Positions 49,259 through 58,303 of a stretch of DNA of 64,000 bases are shown here, piece after piece. Below the pieces are notes generated by a model. The model was not told where the DNA came from, made no database searches, and was given only the letters and a program-made list of their open reading frames with translations. The first letter of the stretch is position 1. Every line of letters starts with the position of its first letter. The DNA comes from Planctomycetota bacterium (GTDB lineage Bacteria; Planctomycetota; UBA8108; SXIK01): assembly GCA_965223265.1 (NCBI GenBank), contig OZ244999.1, positions 6,592,001 to 6,656,000 on the forward strand. Direction: 5' to 3'. Made by a program: the position numbers and the translations under genes.

Positions 49259-50593
49259 TTAGCGGACGAGGACGAAGCTGTCGGACTCAGGCTCTAAGAT
49301 CACGACCCCGATGTTGTCGATCGGTGCGCCAGGGCCGATGTTCACGCCTGGGGCTCCCGTCACATCGAGCAGGTCGCCGGGGTTGGCGGCCTCCTCGAGG
49401 ATGCCACCACTATCGATCGTGTATGCCGAAGCAAACACGCCGTCGATGCCATAGAAAAACAGCGAACCGCCAAACTCGATGAAGCCGAAGTCGATCGCGT
49501 TGGACGGAGCACCGATCTGGTCCGCAAGATCTGACACCGAGAGGATGGTCAAACCGTCCGCTGACACCGATCCGATTCCGTGCCCGCGGCCGTTGTTCGA
49601 AATCAGGATGTAGAGGGTATCGTCGGCCGGTTCGGTCGTCAGCTTGACGACACCGATGTTGGTGAAGCCCGGGAAGATCGCGGCGAAATCCGTCGCGTCG
49701 GCCCATGCTTCGATCGTCCCATTGATTTGGATGCGGACGACTGTCGCGGTTGAGACAAAGAACGCAAAGAGGTCGCCACTGAGCGGGGCGCGAGCCCAGC
49801 CCACGATGAGTGCATCAGCCTCGGCGACTCCGGCAGCAGCCGCGAGGTCAGCCGCCGTGACAAAAACGGTGGCAGCGCCAGTGTTGGCGAAGAGGAGTAT
49901 GTCCTTCGAAACCGCGTCCTGAGCAATCACCTGGTTCGCGGTGAGGTGTCGCGGCAGATGCGCCTGCGCCGAAGCGCCGCCCGTCGCCATCGTCATCTGC
50001 GCCTCGGTGGAATGGATCTGAGGCGTACCGTTGGTGGCAAGTCGCAGCAGCAGCCCAGAGGTCGCGTCCGCCGTGACGACTTGATCGCCAAACGTACCAC
50101 CGATCAGTTGGTCAAAGGGGCCCAGGCTGACGGTGGTCTCGCCTGTAAGGGCGGTGATATCTGTCTCGCTGGTGAAGATCGCCGGCGTCCCGTCGACGGC
50201 CAGGATCAACACCGATCCGGATTCGGCGTCGAAGAAAATCACCGGTCCACCCGCCGTGGCGAACATGTGCAGCGGGTCGAGCGCCCCGAGCCCAGTCAAC
50301 GCCAACATGGCGCCGGGCGCCGTGAACAAGGTCACATCATTCGTATCGACGGGGTCGTCACCGCCTCCGCCGCTCGAGCATGACAATGCGCTCAGGGTGA
50401 TGAGGAGTCCAGCGAGGGCCACGACTCCACGGGCTGGGACGCAATCGACAAAACCGACTGTTCGGCACTCCGAAGGGCGCCGCGAAGGGCGCCGCGAAGG
50501 GCGCCGCGAAGGGCGCTCTGCGGACGACAAATTGTGACGATGCGGGCTCTCCCGAACGTCTTCATAGTCTGCCAGACTGTGATCCTTACGCAT
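49259..50593 (-). CDS. putative lipoprotein of unknown function
   Basis: GGAGAGG RBS before ATG at 50593; hydrophobic stretch ending LSALSC-SSGGGG; internal repeats of about 55-60 aa. Confidence 0.7.
   Translation of the reverse strand: MRKDHSLADYEDVRESPHRHNLSSAERPSRRPSRRPSRRPSECRTVGFVDCVPARGVVALAGLLITLSALSCSSGGGGDDPVDTNDVTLFTAPGAMLALTGLGALDPLHMFATAGGPVIFFDAESGSVLILAVDGTPAIFTSETDITALTGETTVSLGPFDQLIGGTFGDQVVTADATSGLLLRLATNGTPQIHSTEAQMTMATGGASAQAHLPRHLTANQVIAQDAVSKDILLFANTGAATVFVTAADLAAAAGVAEADALIVGWARAPLSGDLFAFFVSTATVVRIQINGTIEAWADATDFAAIFPGFTNIGVVKLTTEPADDTLYILISNNGRGHGIGSVSADGLTILSVSDLADQIGAPSNAIDFGFIEFGGSLFFYGIDGVFASAYTIDSGGILEEAANPGDLLDVTGAPGVNIGPGAPIDNIGVVILEPESDSFVLVR
50471..50516. repeat. 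12-bp tandem repeat, about 4 copies (CGAAGGGCGCCG)
   Basis: three exact copies plus a partial copy; encodes RRPS units on the minus strand. Confidence 0.9.
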
Positions 50594-50736
50594 GGAACCT
50601 CTCCAAGAATTAGCGAACACCACCGACTATACCACGCGGTCAGTTGCGACAAAGCGGCGAAAAAAAGTCGTGGCGACGTGTCACTTCGCTACAAAATCTT
50701 CTTTCGAAAGAGCTCCAAACGTCCGAAAAAGAAGAT

Positions 50737-52170
50737 GTGAACGAACCACAACGAAGCCACCCAGAGTCCCAACGCGAGCTGCTTCGACGCTTGCCGCAAA
50801 TCGAGAAGCTGCTCCAACTACCGAACGTACGCCAGTTGACGGAAGTTCCGCACCTCGAGCTGGTGCGGACGCTTCGCCGGGTCGTCGAGCGTCTCCGCGA
50901 CGAGATCCTGCGCGGCAAGCTCGACGGCAACACGCTGGACCGCGAACTGGCGCCTGCACGCATCGCGGAGCGAACACACCACGAACTGCGGCTGCGGGCA
51001 GCGTCGGCGTACGGGCGAGCGATCAACGCCACCGGCGTGATCCTCCACACAGGTCTCGGCCGCGCGGTGCTGCCTCAGCCTGCCGTTGACGCCGTGTCCA
51101 ACGCGCTGCGCGGATACTCGGTGGTCGAAATCGACCCTGTCAGCGGCGATCGCAACCACCGCGAACATGCTGTCGCCGCAATGCTGGTAGAGCTCACCGG
51201 TGCCGAGGCAGCCGTGGTCGTCAACAACAACGCCGCCGCGGTGCTGCTCATTCTTGCGGCCCTCGCGCGCGAGCGGGAAGTGATCGTGTCGCGCGGCGAG
51301 CTCGTCGAGATCGGCGGCTCGTTCAGAGTGCCCGAGATCATGGCGGAAAGCGGCAGCCGGTTGGTGGAAGTCGGCGCAACCAATCGTACGTACACGCGGG
51401 ACTACGAAGGCGCGATCAACGCGGCGACAGCACTCCTTCTGCAGGTGCACACGTCGAACTACGCCATACGCGGCTTCGCACACCAGCCACCACTGCAGGA
51501 GCTGGTTAACCTCGGGCGCCGACACGAGATCCCGATCGCATGCGACCTCGGATCTGGCTGCTTCGTCGAGTTGAGCTCTTACGGCTTCGAACCGGAACCT
51601 CTTGCGTCCGACGCCATCACCGCTGGAGCGGATCTTGTCTCTTTCTCCGGCGATAAGCTTCTCGGCAGTTGTCAGGCTGGGATCATCGTCGGCAAGCGAG
51701 CGCTCGTCGCGAGACTGCGCGCGCACGCGCTCTTTCGACCGCTGCGCGTCGACAAAACCACGCTCGTGCTTCTTGAAGAAACACTCCGCGCCTATCGAGA
51801 CCCGTCTAGTCTATGTGAGACGATTCCGACGCTGCGGATGATCGCGACACCACTCGCGGACGTCGAGAAGCGAGCGCAGCGCTACGCCGCCGGCATGCGT
51901 GACCGTTGTCGTGAGCTCGAAATCGAGGTCGTCAAGTCGGCGGCACAAGCAGGAAGCGGCGCGCTGCCCGATCAAGAGATTCCGAGCTACGCGGTCAGAC
52001 TCCAGCACCAGCAAATCAGTGCCGAGGAGCTCGCACGGCGGCTTAGGGTTCATTCGCCGCCTGTCTTCGCCCGCTGCAAGAGCGACGCGGTCTTTCTCGA
52101 CTGCCGGACGATTCTGCCGCAGGACGAGCACGACATCGTCATCGCCGTGACCCGGTGCGCCGCGGTTTGA
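50737..52170 (+). CDS. selA: L-seryl-tRNA(Sec) selenium transferase
   Basis: INATGVILHTGLGRA, VNNNAAAV, SRGELVEIGGSFRVP, EVGATNRT, FSGDKLLG; start at GTG 50737 is tentative. Confidence 0.95.
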   Translation: MNEPQRSHPESQRELLRRLPQIEKLLQLPNVRQLTEVPHLELVRTLRRVVERLRDEILRGKLDGNTLDRELAPARIAERTHHELRLRAASAYGRAINATGVILHTGLGRAVLPQPAVDAVSNALRGYSVVEIDPVSGDRNHREHAVAAMLVELTGAEAAVVVNNNAAAVLLILAALAREREVIVSRGELVEIGGSFRVPEIMAESGSRLVEVGATNRTYTRDYEGAINAATALLLQVHTSNYAIRGFAHQPPLQELVNLGRRHEIPIACDLGSGCFVELSSYGFEPEPLASDAITAGADLVSFSGDKLLGSCQAGIIVGKRALVARLRAHALFRPLRVDKTTLVLLEETLRAYRDPSSLCETIPTLRMIATPLADVEKRAQRYAAGMRDRCRELEIEVVKSAAQAGSGALPDQEIPSYAVRLQHQQISAEELARRLRVHSPPVFARCKSDAVFLDCRTILPQDEHDIVIAVTRCAAV

Positions 52171-52355
52171 GTATGCCGTGTAGCGACGCCGCGTGAAGAA
52201 CTCGCACAGAGGACGAGTAAACCAGCGGCGCAGAAGCCGCACTGGGGAAGGCAGCGATTCCGCAACGCGGGTAGCGAGCGCGATCCATCTGGCGATGCCT
52301 CGCGAGGTTAGCGGCGCCGACGGATGATGGAGCAAATTCGCATTCGACAGACCAC

Positions 52356-52383
52356 TTGTTTTTGGCTACGTTTCTGGTATAGT
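52356..52383 (+). promoter_or_regulatory. IS-internal sigma70 promoter, probably giving a leaderless mRNA
   Basis: TTGTTT-N16-TATAGT with a TG just upstream of the -10; ATG 6 nt downstream and no RBS. Confidence 0.5.
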
Positions 52384-52389
52384 AGTAAT

Positions 52390-52734
52390 ATGTCAGGAAA
52401 ACAGCGGCCTTCCAGGAGCAGGATGAGCAGGGCGGAGCGTGACCTGCGCTCCCGGCTTACCAAACTCCTGCATTCCGATGCGATCATCCGCGGAAGCCTC
52501 ACCGTTCGTGAGCGTACCTGCGGGAAGTCAAGCTGCCGCTGCGTCACCAAGGGAGAGAAACACACGGGACTCTATCTCGTGGTCAGTGAGGAGGGAAAGT
52601 ACCGGCAGATCTTCGTCCCCAAGGCGTTCGAGGACGACGTGCGTCGGTGGGTTGAGAGCTACGCCAACGCCCGAACCCTGCTCGAGGAGATTTCGAAGCT
52701 TCAGCACCAGAAGCTCCGAAAAAGGGAGAAGTGA
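52390..52734 (+). CDS. IS accessory protein (DUF6788-like, Cys/His cluster)
   Basis: IRGSL..RERTCGKSSCRCVTKGEKH..LYL. Confidence 0.8.
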   Translation: MSGKQRPSRSRMSRAERDLRSRLTKLLHSDAIIRGSLTVRERTCGKSSCRCVTKGEKHTGLYLVVSEEGKYRQIFVPKAFEDDVRRWVESYANARTLLEEISKLQHQKLRKREK

Positions 52735-52738
52735 AGCA

Positions 52739-53968
52739 ATCCTTCGTCGGCTTCTGGCCTACGCCAGGAAGATCATAGGGCTTCCTGCTGTCCTCGATAC
52801 AGTCACTGACAGCCGCCAGTGCCCTCGGATTTCCACTGGCGTCGTGGTCAGAAGTGCGTTCGTGATGTTCCTGACGCGTCTCGGCAGTCTCAACGCCTTG
52901 GAGCAGACGCGGGAGAGCAAGTTCTGGTCCCGGTGGATTGCGGGCGATCTCCCAAGCGCAGATTCGATGGGACGGATCTGCGCCGTCGTCAATCACGACG
53001 ACCTACGAGCTGCTATTCATCACCTTTATAGCCGACTCAAGCGGAACAAGGCGCTCGTCGCTCCGTGGCACGGTTTGACCACTCTTGTGCTGGATGGACA
53101 TGAATCGCACTCAACGTACCGACGGCGTTGCACCGGCTGCCTGGAGCGAGAAATCACCGTCAAGAACAGGAGCGGCGAGACGGAGACGCGCAAGCAGTTC
53201 TACCACAGGCACGTCACAGCTCAGCTCCTGACCGACAGTTTTCCTCTGTTGCTCGATGCCGAGCCGATTCGCCCGGGCGAGGATGAGGTGGCCGCAGCCA
53301 TGCGACTGCTTGAGAGAGTTCTCAGAAGCTACCCGAGAGCATTCGACGCCGTTGTCGCTGACGCGCTCTACGCCGACCCTAGGTTCTTCAAGTTCGTTCG
53401 AGAACGCGGCAAGCACGTGCTCGCAGTGCTGAAGAACGAGAAGCGTGATCTGATCCGAGACGTTCGCTCCCTCTGCGAGGTCAGGGCTCCGGTCGAGATC
53501 TTCTCCGGCAAGAGGAAGTGCCAGTGCTGGGACGTCGATGAACTCGAATCCTGGCCACAGGCCGGCATGCCGGTACGGGTGGTGCGAAGCGTGGAGCGGT
53601 GGTCACTGCGCCGCCAGCTCGACGGCCAACCCGAGGAGCAGATCTCGGAATGGTTCTGGGTGACCACCTTGCCTGAGAGCTTGGCAAGCACGGTGGCCGT
53701 TCGCGAAATCGGTCACTCGCGTTGGGCAATCGAGAACAAGGGCTTCAACGAACTGGTGACGCGCTGGCATGCAGACCACGTCTACAAGCACGACGACGAT
53801 GCGATGCTTACGTTCTGGCTCGTTTGCCTCATCGCGTGCAATACGTTCCAGGCATTCTTCCTGCGCAACCTGAAGCCGCAAGCGCGTGCCAACTGCAGCA
53901 TGCTCCACTTGGCCCGCCTGCTCTCCTGCTGCCTCTACGCCGGGATCCCCAGCCGCAGCCCTGGCTGA
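52739..53968 (+). CDS. DDE transposase (start uncertain)
   Basis: LVLDGHE, VVADALY, RWAIENKGFNEL give a DDE triad; lies inside the IS ends. Confidence 0.88.
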   Translation: MLRRLLAYARKIIGLPAVLDTVTDSRQCPRISTGVVVRSAFVMFLTRLGSLNALEQTRESKFWSRWIAGDLPSADSMGRICAVVNHDDLRAAIHHLYSRLKRNKALVAPWHGLTTLVLDGHESHSTYRRRCTGCLEREITVKNRSGETETRKQFYHRHVTAQLLTDSFPLLLDAEPIRPGEDEVAAAMRLLERVLRSYPRAFDAVVADALYADPRFFKFVRERGKHVLAVLKNEKRDLIRDVRSLCEVRAPVEIFSGKRKCQCWDVDELESWPQAGMPVRVVRSVERWSLRRQLDGQPEEQISEWFWVTTLPESLASTVAVREIGHSRWAIENKGFNELVTRWHADHVYKHDDDAMLTFWLVCLIACNTFQAFFLRNLKPQARANCSMLHLARLLSCCLYAGIPSRSPG

Positions 53969-54327
53969 CCGCTTCGGTCACGACTCGCTCACCGGGGCAC
54001 TTACCTCCTACCTCAAGCCTCACCTGTCAGAGGCCCGGGGAATCCCTCCCCCAACTCCCTCTGACGCCTCTCCCACGCCACAGAGCTCGCCTCCCGCGAC
54101 CCTTCTCACCGCGCCATTTGCTCCATGCGAACCTGCGACACGCCAAAAACCGTCCCTCCATCTATAACCGAAGGCTCCACGCAGCAGGATTGCGGAACCG
54201 CTGTGGGGAAGGCGGTCATGTAGAAACTCGACCGTCGTGCGGGTTAGAATGGAGGCCGGATGGGACCTCTGTTGTCGACGTCGACAACGCTCGGCAAAAC
54301 AACGATCGACTCGAACGCGCAAGAACG

Positions 54328-55386
54328 ATGAACACCTCGACGCGAGCGCTTGTTTACACCCTGGTTTGTCTTTCGGCCCTGATGGCCTTTCCTTTCGTTC
54401 CGGTCGCCGGGAAAGCAGACAACCGCCTGCCAGCAAATGACCTTGGCGCCCCCGAGGCAGCAGGGAATCGCTCGACGACGCGAGCCAGCCGTCGCGCGCC
54501 AGACGATACCGACACGTCAAAAAAGAAAAAGAAGAGAGGCCGCAAGAAGAAGAAAAAGAAGAAGAGAAAAAAACTCACGTTTCGTCGGGTCCTCGAGCTC
54601 AACTCAGCACAGATCTTCGGTGGTGCCACGAAGTTCATCGACAAGGATACGATCGAGATCACCTTCGATCGGGCTGGGCAATTCGTCGCCGGCTTCACGG
54701 GCGGCGGCATGCATGACGACACGAGCCCCGCGATGGTCGGGGCGAATCGTCGCTTCATCATGAAGGAAGACAAGGTGTACCCCGGCCTTTGTGTGTGCGG
54801 CCTCGGTCAAGGCTTTTGGCAGTCACGATTTCCTCTTAAGGGCGCTACTTGGATCAAGGTTGGCTTTCGCATTCCGAACTTCATTGGCCCTGAATCTCAG
54901 TTCACCGCCATCACCAACTGGAACCCAAAGGTCAAGGCTGGCTTCGCGACGAGTTTCTTTCATCGGGTCAGCGTGCTCGTGCGCGGCACACCTCGCGAGT
55001 CTCGCCTGACACCGCACCGTGAGTACCAAAAACCGGCGCGCGATTGGTTTCCGCGTCACGGCGAATCTGTGCCGTGCGAGTACGGATTTCGCGACGACGA
55101 ATTCATCGTGAGCACCAAGATCGACAAAACGCTCGAGATGGTCAAGCTCAGTCGACGCAAGGATCGCGGTGGTTACGTGGCGTTCAGTTTCAGCAAACTG
55201 GTCTTCACGTTCGACAATCTCGTCATCCGAGGGACACTCGACCGCGAGTGGTGTGAGAGCGAGCTACGCCGACTGAAGAAGGAGGGAAAGCTGATCACAA
55301 AGGAGCCAAAACCTCCCTCGCCGGAAGAACCGAAAAGCGAAGGCGACGCGAAAAACCGCGCTGAGCGTAGAGATCCTCTCGAGTAA
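54328..55386 (+). CDS. secreted hypothetical protein with a poly-Lys tract
   Basis: ATG at 54328 followed by a signal-like segment ALVYTLVCLSALMAFPFVPVAG; the upstream part of the ORF call lies inside the IS. Confidence 0.7.
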   Translation: MNTSTRALVYTLVCLSALMAFPFVPVAGKADNRLPANDLGAPEAAGNRSTTRASRRAPDDTDTSKKKKKRGRKKKKKKKRKKLTFRRVLELNSAQIFGGATKFIDKDTIEITFDRAGQFVAGFTGGGMHDDTSPAMVGANRRFIMKEDKVYPGLCVCGLGQGFWQSRFPLKGATWIKVGFRIPNFIGPESQFTAITNWNPKVKAGFATSFFHRVSVLVRGTPRESRLTPHREYQKPARDWFPRHGESVPCEYGFRDDEFIVSTKIDKTLEMVKLSRRKDRGGYVAFSFSKLVFTFDNLVIRGTLDREWCESELRRLKKEGKLITKEPKPPSPEEPKSEGDAKNRAERRDPLE

Positions 55387-55404
55387 GGAGCGACGGGGAA
55401 GTCG

Positions 55405-56676
55405 ATGAAGAGAACTTTCGAGGCTGCCGAGTTAGAGATCAAAAGACTCGGCGACCCGACCATTCCATCGCCGCTGAAGGATGCCCTGTTTGTAGAAGAC
55501 GAGGAAGGGGTGGCCTCGACGTGTCTGCGCTCGGATCTGACGACGCGATCGAGCCTGCCCGGTTTCTTCGAGATGGCTGGACCGCGGCGCACAATCTTCT
55601 TCGACCCCACCGAAACGACGTGTGCGATCGTCACCTGCGGCGGACTCTGCCCTGGCCTCAACGACGTGATCCGGGGCCTGACGATGCAGCTCTACGAAGG
55701 CTACAACGTCCGCCAGGTGCTCGGCCTACGCTATGGCTACCAAAGCCTCGTGGAGAGCTATGGACACAAGCCACTCGTACTCACCGCGAGCAGCGTCGGC
55801 GAGATCCATCGCCGTGGCGGTACCGTGCTCAAGTCGTCACGTGGTGATCAAGACCCTGTATCCATGGTCGACTCGCTGGAGCGTCTCGGCATCGACGTGC
55901 TGTTCGTCGTCGGTGGCGACGGAACGATGCGGGGAGCGAGTGCGATCGTGGAAGAAATCGAAAGGCGCGGCGGAACCATCGGCGTCGTCGGCATCCCAAA
56001 AACGATCGACAACGACATACCGGTGATCCAAAAGACGTTCGGCTTTGAGACGGCCGTCGCCGAAGCCGTGCGAGCAATCGATTGTGGCCACATCGAAGCC
56101 CACGACAACCCCCGCGGTGTTGCTGTGGTGAAGCTCATGGGTCGGGATGCAGGCTTCATCGCCGCCGCCGCAACCGTCGCTAGCGGCGACGTAAACTTCT
56201 GCTTGGTGCCCGAGGTCGAGTTTGGACTGGGAGGCAAGAATGGCCTCTACGACGCACTGGCGCGTCGACTTGACAAGCGAGGGCACGCCGTCATCGTCGT
56301 TGCCGAAGGTGCCGGCGAAGAGCTGTGCGAAACCGCTGGTACTGACGACATAGGAATTTTGCTGCGCGACCGCCTCAAGGCCGAGTTTGCGCGTCGAGGC
56401 GAACCCCTATCGCTCAAGTACATCGACCCGAGCTACATGATTCGCAGCGTGCCGGCCACGGCCGACGACTCCGTCTTCTGCGCGCAGCTCGCGCATCACG
56501 CCGTTCACGCCGCGATGGCGGGACGGACAAGCATGCTGACGGGATATTACCACGACCATTTCGTCCACATTCCGCTCCGGCTCGTGATCGGTCACACGAA
56601 GCAGCTCGATCTGAGCGGCAAACTGTGGCGCGCGGTCCTCGAATCGACGGGTCAACCGCGCGAGTGGCGACGCTGA
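55405..56676 (+). CDS. pfkA: ATP-dependent 6-phosphofructokinase
   Basis: TCGGLCPGLN, GGDG, PKTIDND, KLMGR, YIDPSYMIRS. Confidence 0.92.
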   Translation: MKRTFEAAELEIKRLGDPTIPSPLKDALFVEDEEGVASTCLRSDLTTRSSLPGFFEMAGPRRTIFFDPTETTCAIVTCGGLCPGLNDVIRGLTMQLYEGYNVRQVLGLRYGYQSLVESYGHKPLVLTASSVGEIHRRGGTVLKSSRGDQDPVSMVDSLERLGIDVLFVVGGDGTMRGASAIVEEIERRGGTIGVVGIPKTIDNDIPVIQKTFGFETAVAEAVRAIDCGHIEAHDNPRGVAVVKLMGRDAGFIAAAATVASGDVNFCLVPEVEFGLGGKNGLYDALARRLDKRGHAVIVVAEGAGEELCETAGTDDIGILLRDRLKAEFARRGEPLSLKYIDPSYMIRSVPATADDSVFCAQLAHHAVHAAMAGRTSMLTGYYHDHFVHIPLRLVIGHTKQLDLSGKLWRAVLESTGQPREWRR

Positions 56677-56710
56677 AAGCCGCGCCGTGGCGACGCTCGT
56701 CGCGATGAGA

Positions 56711-58180
56711 TTATGCCAAGATTTCATGCACGACGCGGCATGCTCGTCCGCTGGTCATCTGGGTCTCACGGCCGTTGTGGACGTAGACGAGTTCTTCGTG
56801 CTGTAGCCCAAAGAGGTGGAAAAGCGTCGCTTGAAAATCGTTGAAGCTGACCTTGTCAACCGCCGCACGATGGCCGAACTCACACGTCTCACCGTACGTG
56901 ACTCCAGGACGGACTCCCCCACCTGCGAGCCAAATGGTGAACCCTTCGCCATTGTGATCTCGTCCTCCGACCTTGGGATCGCCCTCGCTGACGGGCAGAC
57001 GCCCAAACTCGCCGCCCCAGTGCACCAAGGTCGTCTCTAACAACCCGCGCTCCTTCAGGTCCGTCACTAGTGCCGCGCACGGTTTGTCAGTCTTTCGACA
57101 GATCGCAGGCAGCCGTTCCCGCATCTTGGTGTGCGAATCCCACGGCTGACTGTTGAGAAAGAGCTGGACGAAACGAACTCCGCGCTCGATGAGACGTCGC
57201 GCGATCAAACACCGAGTGCCGTACTCCCTCGTCAGCGGATCGTCGAGGCCGTAGAGCTTCTTTGTCGCTTCCGACTCACTCGCGACGTTGAGAGCTTCCT
57301 TCGCTGACGACTGCATGCGTGCCGCCAACTCATAGCTCGCGATTCTTGCTTCCAGGTCGGACTCTCCTGGATGACGTTCGAGGTGATCGCGGTTGAGGTC
57401 TTGGAGAAAGTCCAGGTTTTGCCGCTGCCGCTCACCCTTGAGGTGCGCTGGCGGCACGAGATTGAGAATACGGGGCTCCCGCGGGCGAATCACGGTGCCC
57501 TGATAGAGGGACGGCAACCAGCCGCAAGACCAGTTCCGCGACTTCAGCGTTGGTAGTCCCCCGGGGTCGGTGAGAACCACGTAGGCGGGTAGATCCTGGC
57601 TCTCTGCACCAAGACCGTACGTCAACCAGGCGCCGAACGTCGGCCGATCCGGACGGTTGAGTCCAGTGTTGATACGCCGGAGCGATGCACCGTGATCGTT
57701 GGTGTCGGTGTGCATCGATCGGATGACACAGAGATCATCGACGATCCTCGCAGTGTGCGGAAGAAGCTCGGAGACCGGCGTACCGCATTGACCGTGCCGC
57801 GCAAACTTCCATGGACTGCCGAGAAGACGCTTCGTCGCGCGGTTGAAGAAGCTGAAAACGACGCTACCGTCATACGACTGGCCGTCACGCTTGGTGAGCT
57901 CAGATTTGGGGTCGAAGAGATCGACTTGGCTCGGGCCACCGTGCATGAAGAGCGAAATCATCGCGCGCGCTCGAGGTTTGATCTGCGGCGCCTTCGGTGT
58001 CAAATCGAACGACTGGCTCTGTTGACCGATCGTCCGCGGAATTGCGAGCAGACGTTCTTGCTTCAGGAGCCAGGCGAGCGCAAGGCCACCGACACCGAAC
58101 GTCCCTCGTCGCAAAAACTCGCGGCGCGGCGACTCACTCCTCCAGCTGAATTCGGAATTCCCAGGATCGATCAGACTCAT
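56711..58180 (-). CDS. DUF1501 domain protein with a Tat-like RR leader
   Basis: RREFL, FMHGGPSQVDLFDPK, ERGVRFVQL, WGGEFGR, GRDHN. Confidence 0.92.
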   Translation of the reverse strand: MSLIDPGNSEFSWRSESPRREFLRRGTFGVGGLALAWLLKQERLLAIPRTIGQQSQSFDLTPKAPQIKPRARAMISLFMHGGPSQVDLFDPKSELTKRDGQSYDGSVVFSFFNRATKRLLGSPWKFARHGQCGTPVSELLPHTARIVDDLCVIRSMHTDTNDHGASLRRINTGLNRPDRPTFGAWLTYGLGAESQDLPAYVVLTDPGGLPTLKSRNWSCGWLPSLYQGTVIRPREPRILNLVPPAHLKGERQRQNLDFLQDLNRDHLERHPGESDLEARIASYELAARMQSSAKEALNVASESEATKKLYGLDDPLTREYGTRCLIARRLIERGVRFVQLFLNSQPWDSHTKMRERLPAICRKTDKPCAALVTDLKERGLLETTLVHWGGEFGRLPVSEGDPKVGGRDHNGEGFTIWLAGGGVRPGVTYGETCEFGHRAAVDKVSFNDFQATLFHLFGLQHEELVYVHNGRETQMTSGRACRVVHEILA

Positions 58181-58303
58181 AACACACTCGGTATTCGGTT
58201 ATTCCGTCCGCAGTCGCCGTGCACACGAACCTCACTCCAACGTCCGCAAGGAATGACCAACTGAAGGTGCCTCCTGCGGTCGTTCTTCGCAAGTGTTGGG
58301 GTC

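Larger units (their letters stand above)
52252..54203 (+). mobile_element. complete two-ORF insertion sequence (1952 bp)
   Basis: 14-bp inverted repeats CAGCGATTCCGCAA / TTGCGGAACCGCTG with one mismatch; 9-bp direct repeat TGGGGAAGG at 52243-52251 and 54204-54212. Confidence 0.92.

Noticed and set aside
52717-52734. Classical -1 programmed frameshift in the IS
   Set aside because: The transposase is in the +1 frame relative to the upstream ORF, and there is no in-frame X XXY YYZ heptamer.
53722-54327. N-terminal extension of the 554-aa ORF
   Set aside because: It runs through the transposase and the IS end; the credible start is the ATG at 54328.
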